Positions 8,174 to 17,858 are shown, counted from the first letter of the stretch. The stretch: DNA of 34,998 nucleotides from a virus (IMGVR_UViG_3300018050_001986:1-34998); one strand, 5' to 3'. The notes: a model not told the origin generated them from the sequence alone. Numbers and translations: made by a program.

Positions 8174-8722
8174 ATGAATAATGAAAGACATTTACTAAAC
8201 TTAATAGAAGCTAAAAGCAAAAAACAATTAGAATTATTGCCTTTAACTTATAAAAAAACTGATTTAGAACCAGTTCTCAGTAAAGATACTTTAGATTATC
8301 ATTACAGCAAACTTGCTAAAGGGTATGTAGATAGATATAATTCAGGACAAGGTGATCCTAAATTTAACGAAGCAGGAGCATTTTTACATAATATCCTATT
8401 TTCTCAATTTTATGAACCTAAAGGCGTAAACGAACCAACTGGATTTATTCAAGCTTTGATTAATCGTAAATATGGCACTTTTGAGAAATTTAAAAAAGAA
8501 TTTGCTCAAGAAGCTATGAAAATTCAAGGGTCAGGCTGGATTTATCTAAGCAAATCAGGCTCTATTAAAACTATTGTTAATCATGAAATTAGGAAAGATA
8601 TATTCCTTCTTTTAGATTTTTGGGAGCATGCCTGGGCCCTAGATTATCAAAGTGACAAAAAAGCATACATTGATGGATTCTGGAAAATTATAAATTGGCA
8701 AGTAATTAATAGCAGATTATAA
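8174..8722 (+). CDS. Fe/Mn superoxide dismutase-like protein
   Basis: LEPVLS..TLDYHY, FN...LHN, GSGW and DFWEHAW (D-x-W-E-H signature). Confidence 0.9.
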   Translation: MNNERHLLNLIEAKSKKQLELLPLTYKKTDLEPVLSKDTLDYHYSKLAKGYVDRYNSGQGDPKFNEAGAFLHNILFSQFYEPKGVNEPTGFIQALINRKYGTFEKFKKEFAQEAMKIQGSGWIYLSKSGSIKTIVNHEIRKDIFLLLDFWEHAWALDYQSDKKAYIDGFWKIINWQVINSRL

Positions 8723-8742
8723 TAATATTTGTTTTTGGACCG

Positions 8743-8749
8743 ATAAATA
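8743..8749 (+). promoter_or_regulatory. Late promoter-like ATAAATA inside a hairpin loop
   Basis: Just upstream of structural gene 8767; flanked by TGGACC/GGTCCA. Confidence 0.5.
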
Positions 8750-8766
8750 TATAAAAGGGTCCACAA

Positions 8767-9174
8767 ATGTCACAACAATTAATTAATATTGGCACTGTAG
8801 CCAATGATGGGACTGGTGATGCAATACGAACCAGTTTCACTAAGGTAAATCAAAACTTTACAGAACTATATGGTAATGTAGTAGTAATTACCGCCAATAC
8901 CGTCCTTACGACTCAAACTATAGTAATAGCAAATGTAAGTGTGCCTTCAAGTAATATTGGCATCACTTTGCCCAATTGTGCTACAATGGCAAATGCATTT
9001 ATCACAGTTAGAACACACGACCCAAGCAATTCTGGCAAATTTGCCATTGTAAACACTTCAGTAGGCCATGGTACAATTTATTCTAATACTAACACATCTA
9101 CATCAACTGTAACTGCTACAGACATAGGCCTTAAGTTCTTCTCTATCGGTAGTAATTGGTTGGTAATATCATAA
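8767..9174 (+). CDS. Virion structural protein with a T4 gp9/gp10-like N-terminal baseplate motif
   Basis: INIGTVANDGTGDAIRTSFTKVNQNFTELY. Confidence 0.75.
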   Translation: MSQQLINIGTVANDGTGDAIRTSFTKVNQNFTELYGNVVVITANTVLTTQTIVIANVSVPSSNIGITLPNCATMANAFITVRTHDPSNSGKFAIVNTSVGHGTIYSNTNTSTSTVTATDIGLKFFSIGSNWLVIS

Positions 9175-9175
9175 T

Positions 9176-11701
9176 ATGTCTGGCATTTGGATAACAAAAG
9201 CAGGCAGTCTTGGTATAGTTGCAGCTCAAGATTATTTTGAACTACAACTTCAAGGTCAAGATTTGGATGCTGGACCCGTAAACTATAGTCTTATTGCTGG
9301 AGAACTGCCTAGTGGATTAACTATCACAAGTGGCGGTTTTATATCTGGCAACCCAGTAACTGATTCTAACACAGTAGAAATCGAAAAATTTACTACTAAA
9401 GAATTTACTGTAAGACTTAGCACAAATGATGGCGCAGTGAACGACAGGGCATTTTCTTTAAGTGTGTCATCAATAAGCGCACCTGTTATTGACCCATCTA
9501 GCACAAGCTTAGGCACATACATTGCAGGAGAGTATGCTAATCTATTACTAACAGCTTCAGATACTTTGGTAAGTTCAGATGTAGTTTTTAGTTTGGCAAG
9601 CGGAACATTACCACCAGGCATACAACTTTATGCTAATGGGGCTATACAAGGATACATATTACCTATATCCAACAACCAACAGGCCACTACTGCTGGATTC
9701 GATTTAAGTGAATTTGATCTTTATTTACTGGACTATGCGGGTGTAAGTACAAGTCGAAATTATCAATTTAGAATTGCAGCCAGTGATGGTGTTAACGAAG
9801 ATTTAGAAACTTATACCATTTATGTATACGACAGATCTGCATTAACTGCAGATACAGATATAATTACTGCAGACAACATAGGTGTTGTTACCGCAGACGA
9901 CACAACATTATATGATCCTATACTTTACACAGAACCAGGCATTATAGGCAATATTAAAGCACAAGATAATTTTGCCTATCAACTTTATGCTATAGATTTA
10001 GATGGTGATGATTTAAGTTACAATATTACCAATGGCGCATTGCCAACTGGTATATCGTTAAGTACAGACACAGGATGGATAACAGGACAAGTAGCGCAAG
10101 CCAATTTAAATTATACAGATTATACATTTACAGCTCAAGCATATAAAACAGATGATTCAGACTACAATAGTGATGAAAAAGTATACACCATAAGATTACT
10201 TGGTCAACTTAATGATAGTATAACTTGGGCAACAGAAGCAAACTTGGGCACTATATATGCAGGCGAAGTAAGTGAATTAGCCTTAACAGCTATACCATCA
10301 AATAATCAAGCGTTAAATTATAAGCTTGCCAGTAATAGTTTAGGCACTTTACCACCTGGGCTTGATTTAACATCAAATGGTCTTATTATAGGCAGACCTA
10401 GTTTTTATGAATCTAATTATGTTTACGCAAATTTAGTTTCTAATTTTACAGTTGTGCCTTATAATCAAAACACAGAATATTCAGATAGTTCACGCACATT
10501 TAGATTACAAGTAGTTAAACGAACAGCGAACCCATATGAGAACTTGTATATTAATTTATTACCGCAGTTAGATCAAAGACAAATTTTTGATAATATTCTT
10601 AACAATCAAAATATAGCTACAGACGATATATTATATAGACCAAGTGATTTATGGTTTGGTAGAAATAATTCTGCAAAAGTTCTATTTTTAGCTGGTTTAG
10701 AAGAAAATACTGCCACTGAATATATAAATGCAATGACACTCAATCACTATTGGAAAACTTTATTATTTGGTGACATTAAAACCGCTAAAGCTACAGATGA
10801 CAATTTAAATACTACCTATGAAGTTGTTTATATAGAAATTATAGATCAGCAGGTCAATCAAGACGGATTAGGTCCCAATTTAGCAATACAATGGCCAACT
10901 AATCAGGAAAATATTAATAATGTTTATCCAAATAGTTTTACTAATATGGTCAAAAGATTAGAAACAAATATTGGATATGAAGACAAAGGTGTGTTACCAA
11001 GTTGGATGACTAGTAGGCAAGCAGATGGCCGTGTATTAGGATTTACCAGAGCATTAGTTTTATACTATACCTTGCCTGATCAAAGTGAAAAAGTGGCATT
11101 TAGAGTACGACAATATTTAGATCAATTTAATCTTATTAATTTTACTATTGACAGGTACGAGTGGGATACAAGTCTTACACTAAATCCGTTTGTCAATGCT
11201 ACTGGCCTTATATCGGGCAATATAGAAAGCAATTTAATTACAGGCAACACAGGAAATGCAGTTTGTTCAGGATTTATTTCAGGTAGCACTAATAGTCAAT
11301 ATGTTACAGGTTTAAACACTTTATTTGCTACAGAATTACAAAAAGATAGTTTAATTTATGTTTCTAGTGCATTAATTGGCACAGTTGAAAGAATATATAG
11401 TAATACCAATTTACAACTTAGCTCTAATTCTTTAAGCACATTTTCAACACAGGCATTTACTACAAAGGTTATTACTACTAAATTTGATAGTGAACTTAAA
11501 TTAGGAGATACCATATTAGTAAATGATGATGTAATTGGCACTGTTAAAACAATTAATAGTGCTAGTAGTCTAACATTATTTGCTAATAGTAGTGCAAATA
11601 TAGCGGATGCTAAATTCAGTCATGTACAACAAGATCTTTATCTTACTCCAGGCAAAGGCACAGAGTATCTTAAGTTTCCACAAACAAATATTTTATCATA
11701 A
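9176..11701 (+). CDS. Large virion/baseplate protein with putative Ig-like repeats
   Basis: Repeated YSL..G.LP.GL.L...G.I.G.P units; acidic and Thr/Ser/Asn-rich. Confidence 0.75.
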   Translation: MSGIWITKAGSLGIVAAQDYFELQLQGQDLDAGPVNYSLIAGELPSGLTITSGGFISGNPVTDSNTVEIEKFTTKEFTVRLSTNDGAVNDRAFSLSVSSISAPVIDPSSTSLGTYIAGEYANLLLTASDTLVSSDVVFSLASGTLPPGIQLYANGAIQGYILPISNNQQATTAGFDLSEFDLYLLDYAGVSTSRNYQFRIAASDGVNEDLETYTIYVYDRSALTADTDIITADNIGVVTADDTTLYDPILYTEPGIIGNIKAQDNFAYQLYAIDLDGDDLSYNITNGALPTGISLSTDTGWITGQVAQANLNYTDYTFTAQAYKTDDSDYNSDEKVYTIRLLGQLNDSITWATEANLGTIYAGEVSELALTAIPSNNQALNYKLASNSLGTLPPGLDLTSNGLIIGRPSFYESNYVYANLVSNFTVVPYNQNTEYSDSSRTFRLQVVKRTANPYENLYINLLPQLDQRQIFDNILNNQNIATDDILYRPSDLWFGRNNSAKVLFLAGLEENTATEYINAMTLNHYWKTLLFGDIKTAKATDDNLNTTYEVVYIEIIDQQVNQDGLGPNLAIQWPTNQENINNVYPNSFTNMVKRLETNIGYEDKGVLPSWMTSRQADGRVLGFTRALVLYYTLPDQSEKVAFRVRQYLDQFNLINFTIDRYEWDTSLTLNPFVNATGLISGNIESNLITGNTGNAVCSGFISGSTNSQYVTGLNTLFATELQKDSLIYVSSALIGTVERIYSNTNLQLSSNSLSTFSTQAFTTKVITTKFDSELKLGDTILVNDDVIGTVKTINSASSLTLFANSSANIADAKFSHVQQDLYLTPGKGTEYLKFPQTNILS

Positions 11702-11728
11702 ATATTATTAATCCGGAGTTTTATATAA

Positions 11729-12961
11729 ATGGCTAGCCAAATTAATTCAGGTAGTATAGATGGTAATTATCCTATCGCAGGTAGGGACAATAGCAGTAGC
11801 GGGTTTAGAACCAACTTTACTAACATAAAAAATAATTTCACTTATGCTAAAAGTGAAATAGAGGATCTACAAAATAAAGGCATTTTTAAGTCCAATTTAT
11901 CAGGCAATACTACTGTATTGACCACAGTAAATGATATGAATGGTGCGCCATTTAGGAATGCAGAAGTTTTGGGTATTAGAGAAACAATTTATGATATTGG
12001 TTCTGTTTCAGGTACTTTGGAAATAGATTTTGCAAAAGGTAGTTATCAAACTATAACTCTTGCAGGAAGTTTAGTTATAGATGTAATTTTTAATTGGCCA
12101 GACCCTGATCCCAGTGTTCAAACAAGAATGCGTTTGGCAATTACGGTGCCTAATGCTAATTACACGGTGACTTTTCCAGCAGAAGTATCTCAAAATATTA
12201 CAGCAATTGCTGGTATAAGTGGCAATACTGTATCGTTTAGTGAAATAGGAACATATATTTTCGAACTAGGCACCAGTGATGAGGGAACATCTATTAATAT
12301 AGTAGATCTTAATAGAAATTATAATACTTTCCAAGGCAATTTAACTGTAACCAAATTAATTAATAACACCACAGTTACGGGTGTATCTATTACTGTGGCA
12401 AATGTAAATGGGGAAATAGTTGGTAACATTTATGCAAATAATGTTATTGCTACTACTTTAGTTACATCTGGCACTAGTTTAAGTTTATCGGGCAATCTCA
12501 CTGCGGGAAATGTTATTTCCAATGCAAATATATACGGCACAATAATGACACCTGTTCAAAGTAATATTACTTTAGTGGGCAATTTAAGTAGTTTAAGTGT
12601 AACAGGCAATGCAAATGTGGGGAACATATCTGTAACTGGATTAACAGATATGTGTGGAGGCAGTGCATATGGGCTATTGTATGTTACCATGGTGAATAGC
12701 AGCAGTCAGACAATTCCCAATACTTGTGGAGTAGTAATTTGCAATGCAGCAAGTACAATTAGCAGTTATACCTTAATAATGCCTTCTTATCCATATAATG
12801 GACAAGCGATTAAACTAGCGTTTGGTGTTGCTGTTACAACCTTAACTCATACTGTAAGCGGCGGTCAAACATTAATTGGCGGCTTAACCTCTGGTTCGAC
12901 AAGTGGTGGCGGTGAATGGGTATATTATGATGACACTTCTACTTGGTATAGAATCACTTGA
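11729..12961 (+). CDS. Tail fibre / baseplate-associated structural protein
   Basis: N-terminal YPIAGRDNSSSGFRTNFTNIK..F..AKSEIEDLQ coil followed by GN-rich beta repeats; ATAAATA at 11698 and GGAG SD. Confidence 0.65.
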   Translation: MASQINSGSIDGNYPIAGRDNSSSGFRTNFTNIKNNFTYAKSEIEDLQNKGIFKSNLSGNTTVLTTVNDMNGAPFRNAEVLGIRETIYDIGSVSGTLEIDFAKGSYQTITLAGSLVIDVIFNWPDPDPSVQTRMRLAITVPNANYTVTFPAEVSQNITAIAGISGNTVSFSEIGTYIFELGTSDEGTSINIVDLNRNYNTFQGNLTVTKLINNTTVTGVSITVANVNGEIVGNIYANNVIATTLVTSGTSLSLSGNLTAGNVISNANIYGTIMTPVQSNITLVGNLSSLSVTGNANVGNISVTGLTDMCGGSAYGLLYVTMVNSSSQTIPNTCGVVICNAASTISSYTLIMPSYPYNGQAIKLAFGVAVTTLTHTVSGGQTLIGGLTSGSTSGGGEWVYYDDTSTWYRIT

Positions 12962-12986
12962 TTTAGTTCGTTTTATTGTTTATAAT
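12958..12986 (+). promoter_or_regulatory. Putative sigma70 promoter
   Basis: TTGATT (12958)-17 bp-TATAAT (12981) at the boundary between structural and metabolic genes. Confidence 0.6.
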
Positions 12987-13012
12987 AACAAACAATTATT
13001 ATAGGATTAAAA

Positions 13013-13435
13013 ATGAATATCGATCTTAACAAATATACAGAATTTGTAAATCAAGTCACAAGTAATGAGTCTAATTACCTTAAAACAATGGCAGGCAGGC
13101 TTTACGACATTGAAGCAACCACTGCTCAAAACGGTATTCCAGTTAATATCAGTTTGTTACTAACTGCAGGCATGGGATTATCTAGTGAAGGCGGCGAATT
13201 TAACGAAATTGTTAAAAAACTTGTTTTTCAAGGCAAACAGTATAATGAAGATATTAAATTTCATTTAATGCGTGAATTGGGAGATATTATTTTTTATTGG
13301 ATCAATGCCTGTCGTTCGCTGGGATTAGATCCTAATAAAGTAATTGAAGAAAATGTAAATAAACTACAGTCAAGATATCCTGACGGTAAATTTAACGCAT
13401 TTCAAAGTGAGAATAGGAAACAGGGCGACCTATAA
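13013..13435 (+). CDS. mazG: MazG-like nucleotide pyrophosphohydrolase
   Basis: GLSSEGGEFNEIVKK...ELGDIIFY...N..KL..RYP. Confidence 0.85.
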   Translation: MNIDLNKYTEFVNQVTSNESNYLKTMAGRLYDIEATTAQNGIPVNISLLLTAGMGLSSEGGEFNEIVKKLVFQGKQYNEDIKFHLMRELGDIIFYWINACRSLGLDPNKVIEENVNKLQSRYPDGKFNAFQSENRKQGDL

Positions 13436-13665
13436 TGCATCCACTTGCTCCAAATTTGTCAGAATTAAAAGATGACGAATTACATGCAAAATTTCAGGAA
13501 CTTAATTCTAAAATACAACAAGCATATAGATTTAGAAATCATGCTTTGTTGATGCAGCTTCAAATGTTAATAGAAGATTACCAAAACGAAATTAACAACA
13601 GAAGAAAAACTTTATTAGATCAAAAAGACACAAAAAATTTAAGCAGTCTTATTAAGATAAAATGA
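13435..13665 (+). CDS. Hypothetical coiled-coil protein
   Basis: 76 aa; TAATG coupling to the previous gene. Confidence 0.75.
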   Translation: MHPLAPNLSELKDDELHAKFQELNSKIQQAYRFRNHALLMQLQMLIEDYQNEINNRRKTLLDQKDTKNLSSLIKIK

Positions 13666-14174
13666 AAATAGATAGTTTTGGTCAGTGTTTTTATAGTTCT
13701 GATGATTTAGTTAATATTTTATACAAAAATCCAGATCAACAGTTTAATAACTTTCTAGTCAGTGACCCAACAGAATTTAATAAAGCAATAAAATCATTAC
13801 ACTTAGACTATAATTTTCTAAATGAATATGAGTCAAAAACCATATCCTTAGACAACTTTGACAAGAAAAATCAAGACAATTGGTATATGCCTGACTCTTA
13901 TAAAAATTTAGATATAGATATTTTTGTTCAGAATCTTTGTAATACTTCTCAAGAATTGGCCAGAGTAAAAACAGAATTAATTTTATATAAAAAACTAGGG
14001 CTATATAAATTATTACAATTTTTAATTTATCTAGTAGATATTATGAGAGAAAACAAAATTGTATGGGGAGTAGGCAGAGGTAGTAGTGTAGCAAGTTATG
14101 TTTTGTACTTAATAGGTATACATAAGATTAATAGTTTAAAATATAATTTAGATATAAATGAGTTTTTGCGTTAG
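13662..14174 (+). CDS. Stand-alone fragment of DNA polymerase III alpha (DnaE) carrying the GRGS motif
   Basis: RVKTEL...WGVGRGSSVASYVLYLIGIHKINSLKYNL..EFLR matches DnaE GxGRGS..GSLV.Y.LGIT.IDP..Y.L.FERFL. Confidence 0.8.
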   Translation: MKIDSFGQCFYSSDDLVNILYKNPDQQFNNFLVSDPTEFNKAIKSLHLDYNFLNEYESKTISLDNFDKKNQDNWYMPDSYKNLDIDIFVQNLCNTSQELARVKTELILYKKLGLYKLLQFLIYLVDIMRENKIVWGVGRGSSVASYVLYLIGIHKINSLKYNLDINEFLR

Positions 14175-14185
14175 AATAAAAAAAA

Positions 14186-15349
14186 ATGCCTATTATTAAT
14201 TCATTAGTACCCTATCTTGCGCCCAGAGATAACATAGAATATAGAAAAATAGAGAATGTGTTTTTAAACGATCATTTTAAAAATTATCACTATTACTTGG
14301 TAGAATATGCAAATAAATACTGCTTAATCAATTTACACAAAGCAATTCCAGAAAATATATTACAAGATATAAAATCTGGTAAGATCATACTTATGCTCTA
14401 TCATTGGCGCGAAGCTAATGTAAATGTAATTGAACCTATATATCAATATGCAGTAATTAAATTAGGTATTCCAGAAGAATTTATCCAAATCTATACAGAA
14501 TCACCTACAATTAAAACAACAATTAAAGAAGTTGCTAGTAAATTAGGCAAAAAAATATTACGCTGTTTTAATACAAATCTGTTTGAAAATGACCTTAAAC
14601 AAACATTAAAAACTATACCAGCACTTAAAAAAAATTTATTAGTAACATTAGAAAATAAAATTTACACAAAGAAATTTTTAAATTTTAATAGGCGTTGGAG
14701 ATTGCATCGTCCCTGCCTTGTTGCACATATGTGTCTAGAAGGTATTTTAGATAAAGGATTTATTAGTCTTGGTCCGTGTGAAGATAAATGGGGATGGGAT
14801 CAATCATGGAGCGCAATGCTTGCAGCACATAAAAATTATCCCGACATAGGACAGAGGCTATTAAATAACAAGGATCTAATATTTTCTATTCCCAATTTGT
14901 ATCTAGATCAATCGAATCTTAGCATAAATCATTATTTGTTAACACCATCCACTCTTGATTTGTATCGTAATACATATTTTAGTGTTGTAACTGAAACAAA
15001 TTTTTTCTTTGATTATGAGCCAGCATTATTTTTAACAGAAAAAATTTTTAAACCTATTGCTAATATGCACCCATTTATAGTACTGGGTCGTCCTAACACT
15101 CTTTCTTATTTAAAAGACTTGGGATACAAAACTTTTGATAATATTATTGACGAATCATATGATGAAGAAACAGATGATATTTCAAGAATGGTGATGATTA
15201 TACAAGAAATTAAGCGCCTTTGTAATTTGTCTACCAATGAATTAGAACAATTCTTGTTTCATGCTAAACAGGTCTGTGAGTATAATTACGAACTCATAAT
15301 GTCTAAAAATAATTTTATAAGAGACATAACAAATGATACAAGATATTAA
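14186..15349 (+). CDS. Hypothetical protein, possibly glycosyltransferase-like (TEK motif)
   Basis: FLNFNRRWRLHR, FSVVTET..FLTEKIFKPI..HPFIVLG and GYKTF..IIDESYD; function inferred. Confidence 0.55.
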   Translation: MPIINSLVPYLAPRDNIEYRKIENVFLNDHFKNYHYYLVEYANKYCLINLHKAIPENILQDIKSGKIILMLYHWREANVNVIEPIYQYAVIKLGIPEEFIQIYTESPTIKTTIKEVASKLGKKILRCFNTNLFENDLKQTLKTIPALKKNLLVTLENKIYTKKFLNFNRRWRLHRPCLVAHMCLEGILDKGFISLGPCEDKWGWDQSWSAMLAAHKNYPDIGQRLLNNKDLIFSIPNLYLDQSNLSINHYLLTPSTLDLYRNTYFSVVTETNFFFDYEPALFLTEKIFKPIANMHPFIVLGRPNTLSYLKDLGYKTFDNIIDESYDEETDDISRMVMIIQEIKRLCNLSTNELEQFLFHAKQVCEYNYELIMSKNNFIRDITNDTRY

Positions 15350-15386
15350 TAATTTACAAATGCATTTTTTAACCTAAGGAGGATAT

Positions 15387-15608
15387 ATGCCAAGAATTTA
15401 TAGATCTGCTCAAGGTCAATTAATTAATTTTGATGCTTTAATTCTAATGAATGAAAAGGCTCAAGCTGTGGGCAATATGCAAGTAAATGCAAATGGTGAC
15501 GATATTGGCCCTGATGGAAAAATTATTAAAACAAGAGAACAAAAAATGAAAGAATACTATAATGCTAATCAACAACAAAATGTAACACATTATAAAGGAA
15601 AAAAATGA
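15387..15608 (+). CDS. Hypothetical phage protein
   Basis: Strong SD AAGGAGG; AVGNM.VNA.GD.IG motif. Confidence 0.8.
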   Translation: MPRIYRSAQGQLINFDALILMNEKAQAVGNMQVNANGDDIGPDGKIIKTREQKMKEYYNANQQQNVTHYKGKK

Positions 15609-15943
15609 AAAAATTAAAACCATTAAAAGATCATGTATTGGTATCATCAATGAACTTTGGAGAACGAACTTTAAGTAGTGGTCTAGTTCTTTTAGGTGAC
15701 GACAAAAAGAATTCAGGCATTAGGCCCAGATGGGGCAAAGTTTATGCTATTGGGCCTGAACAAAAAGATGTGGTCCCTGGCCAATGGATCTTAGTAGAAC
15801 ATGGTAGGTGGACAAGAGGCGTCAAGTTTGAAGTAGAAACCGACAAGTTTATTACTGTTAGAAGGATAGACAGTAAGGCTATTCTTTTAGTAACTGATGA
15901 AGAACCAAATGCAGATGATGTTATATCTGAATTAGGTGACTAA
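15605..15943 (+). CDS. groES: GroES-like co-chaperonin
   Basis: LKPLKDHVLV...TLSSGLVL...GKVYAIGP...V.PGQ. Confidence 0.8.
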   Translation: MKKLKPLKDHVLVSSMNFGERTLSSGLVLLGDDKKNSGIRPRWGKVYAIGPEQKDVVPGQWILVEHGRWTRGVKFEVETDKFITVRRIDSKAILLVTDEEPNADDVISELGD

Positions 15944-15945
15944 TT

Positions 15946-16167
15946 ATGACAAGAGATCAAAAAATTTGTTGGGAGTTGGACAAACTTTATTATAATTGTT
16001 CTGACCCTAGAAGTGATGGATACACAGCTTTTGGGTATAAACAAGATTTATTAAAAATTAAATATCATCTTAACAAACTATTACACAAATGCCCAACCTT
16101 TGTGGGTGAAACAGAATTTGTGGACAAATTAGAAAAAGACTTTGCATGGGAATTATTAAAAAAATGA
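15946..16167 (+). CDS. Hypothetical protein
   Basis: 73 aa ORF in operon context. Confidence 0.7.
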   Translation: MTRDQKICWELDKLYYNCSDPRSDGYTAFGYKQDLLKIKYHLNKLLHKCPTFVGETEFVDKLEKDFAWELLKK

Positions 16168-16628
16168 TATTCAATAAAGTTCGTGAATTAAAAGAACAAG
16201 GAAAAGTAATAGGCATTGTATTCAGTACTTTTGACTTATTGCATGCAGGACATATTGCAATGTTGTCAGAAGCAAAAAATCACTGTGACTATTTAATAGT
16301 AGGTTTACAAACTGACCCAACAATTGACAGGCCTGATACAAAAAATAAACCTGTACAAAGTATAGTAGAAAGACAAATACAAGTTAGTGCATGTCGATTT
16401 GTTGACGAAATTGTAGTTTATGAAACAGAAAAAGATTTGGAAGATATACTTTTAACCTTACCGCTAAATGTAAGGATATTGGGGGTAGAGTATGAAAACA
16501 GAGATTTTACAGGTAAAGATATTTGTAACAGGCGGGGTATAACTTGTATTTTTAACGGTAGAGATCATAGTTTTAGTTCAAGTAGTTTGCGTAAACGGGT
16601 GGTAGTAGCAGCAACAACTACCAAATAA
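16164..16628 (+). CDS. Cytidylyltransferase (TagD / glycerol-3-phosphate CTase-like)
   Basis: FDLLHAGH (HxGH) and R...SSSSLR; start at the ATGA overlap at 16164. Confidence 0.85.
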   Translation: MIFNKVRELKEQGKVIGIVFSTFDLLHAGHIAMLSEAKNHCDYLIVGLQTDPTIDRPDTKNKPVQSIVERQIQVSACRFVDEIVVYETEKDLEDILLTLPLNVRILGVEYENRDFTGKDICNRRGITCIFNGRDHSFSSSSLRKRVVVAATTTK

Positions 16629-16630
16629 TT

Positions 16631-16658
16631 TTGTATTTTCCATTACTTTTGTTATAAT
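16631..16658 (+). promoter_or_regulatory. Putative sigma70 promoter with extended -10
   Basis: TTGTAT (16631)-16 bp-TATAAT (16653), preceded by TG. Confidence 0.55.
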
Positions 16659-16675
16659 AGCCTTTGAGGTAAACT

Positions 16676-17608
16676 ATGACTATTGCAAATAAATTATGGA
16701 CTGAATTTTATCGTCCGAAAACCATTAATGAATATGTTTTTACAGATTCTCGTGTAAAAGAACAAATAGAATCCTGGATTGATCAACAATCTATCCCTCA
16801 TTTACTGTTATATGGACCAGCAGGCACAGGCAAAACAACCTTAGCAAAAATTCTTGTCAATCAACTTGGAATAGATCCCTATGACTTTTTACAAGTTAAT
16901 GCTAGTAGAGATAATGGTGTTGACTTTTTAAAGAGTAAAATCGAAGGATTTGTTAGCACAATGCCATTTGGTGAACTAAAAATAGTATTGTTAGATGAGG
17001 CAGACTATCTTAGTCCAAATGCACAAGGTATTTTGCGTGGGTTGTTAGAAACTTATGCAGCAAATGCAAGGTTTATTTTAACTTGCAATTATCATCAAAA
17101 AATCATTAGTCCTATTAAAAGTAGATGTACAGAGTTACATATAGATAAAACTGATCAAACAGAATTTACAGCTAGAGTGGCCACTATTTTAGTAAGTGAA
17201 AATATTGACTTTGAATTGGACCAACTAGATACCTATGTAAAAGCAACTTATCCTGATCTAAGGAAATGTTTAAATTTATTACAAACAAATAGTACTACTG
17301 GTGCACTAAAAGAAATTATAACTACAGAATCAACAACATTTGATTATAGATTAGTAATGGTGGAGCTGTTTAAAAAACAAAAATGGAAAGATGCCAGACA
17401 GCTTTTAGCTAGTCAAGTTCGTCCAGAAGAAATGGAAGAATTTTTTACATGGGCTTATAATAATTTAGATTTATGGAGTGAGACAGATTCTGGCCAGGAT
17501 GAAGCTATTTTAATTATTAGGCGTGGTCTTGTAAATCATAGTATGGTTGCTGATCCAGAAATTAATTTAGCAGCTACTTTAGTGGAACTAAGTCAAATAG
17601 ATAAGTAA
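16676..17608 (+). CDS. Sliding clamp loader ATPase subunit (T4 gp44 / RFC small subunit-like)
   Basis: LWTEFYRP, Walker A GPAGTGKTT, NAS, Walker B LLDEAD and the SRC motif. Confidence 0.92.
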   Translation: MTIANKLWTEFYRPKTINEYVFTDSRVKEQIESWIDQQSIPHLLLYGPAGTGKTTLAKILVNQLGIDPYDFLQVNASRDNGVDFLKSKIEGFVSTMPFGELKIVLLDEADYLSPNAQGILRGLLETYAANARFILTCNYHQKIISPIKSRCTELHIDKTDQTEFTARVATILVSENIDFELDQLDTYVKATYPDLRKCLNLLQTNSTTGALKEIITTESTTFDYRLVMVELFKKQKWKDARQLLASQVRPEEMEEFFTWAYNNLDLWSETDSGQDEAILIIRRGLVNHSMVADPEINLAATLVELSQIDK

Positions 17609-17612
17609 TTAT

Positions 17613-17846
17613 ATGTTTGACCAATATAGAGCCAAAAAGAAAGTAAAGATCGTGGATCCTAATGCTCCGCCTAGACCCACCTTATTGGGTCATGAAAAAG
17701 AAATGAAAGTATGGCGTGAGCAATTCGGCAGTTTAGCGCAGCAAAATAATGATCAAAAATTAACTGTTAAGTTTTTAGAAAGAAAAGTTAACAGACTACA
17801 AAGTCAAGTTGATGCATTAACCAGTATAATAAAAAAGGGACAGTAA
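17613..17846 (+). CDS. Hypothetical coiled-coil protein
   Basis: 77 aa ORF. Confidence 0.7.
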   Translation: MFDQYRAKKKVKIVDPNAPPRPTLLGHEKEMKVWREQFGSLAQQNNDQKLTVKFLERKVNRLQSQVDALTSIIKKGQ

Positions 17847-17858
17847 AGTCCCTTTTTT
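17831..17858. terminator. Bidirectional intrinsic terminator
   Basis: AAAAAAGGGAC-AGTAAA-GTCCCTTTTTT between convergent genes. Confidence 0.85.
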
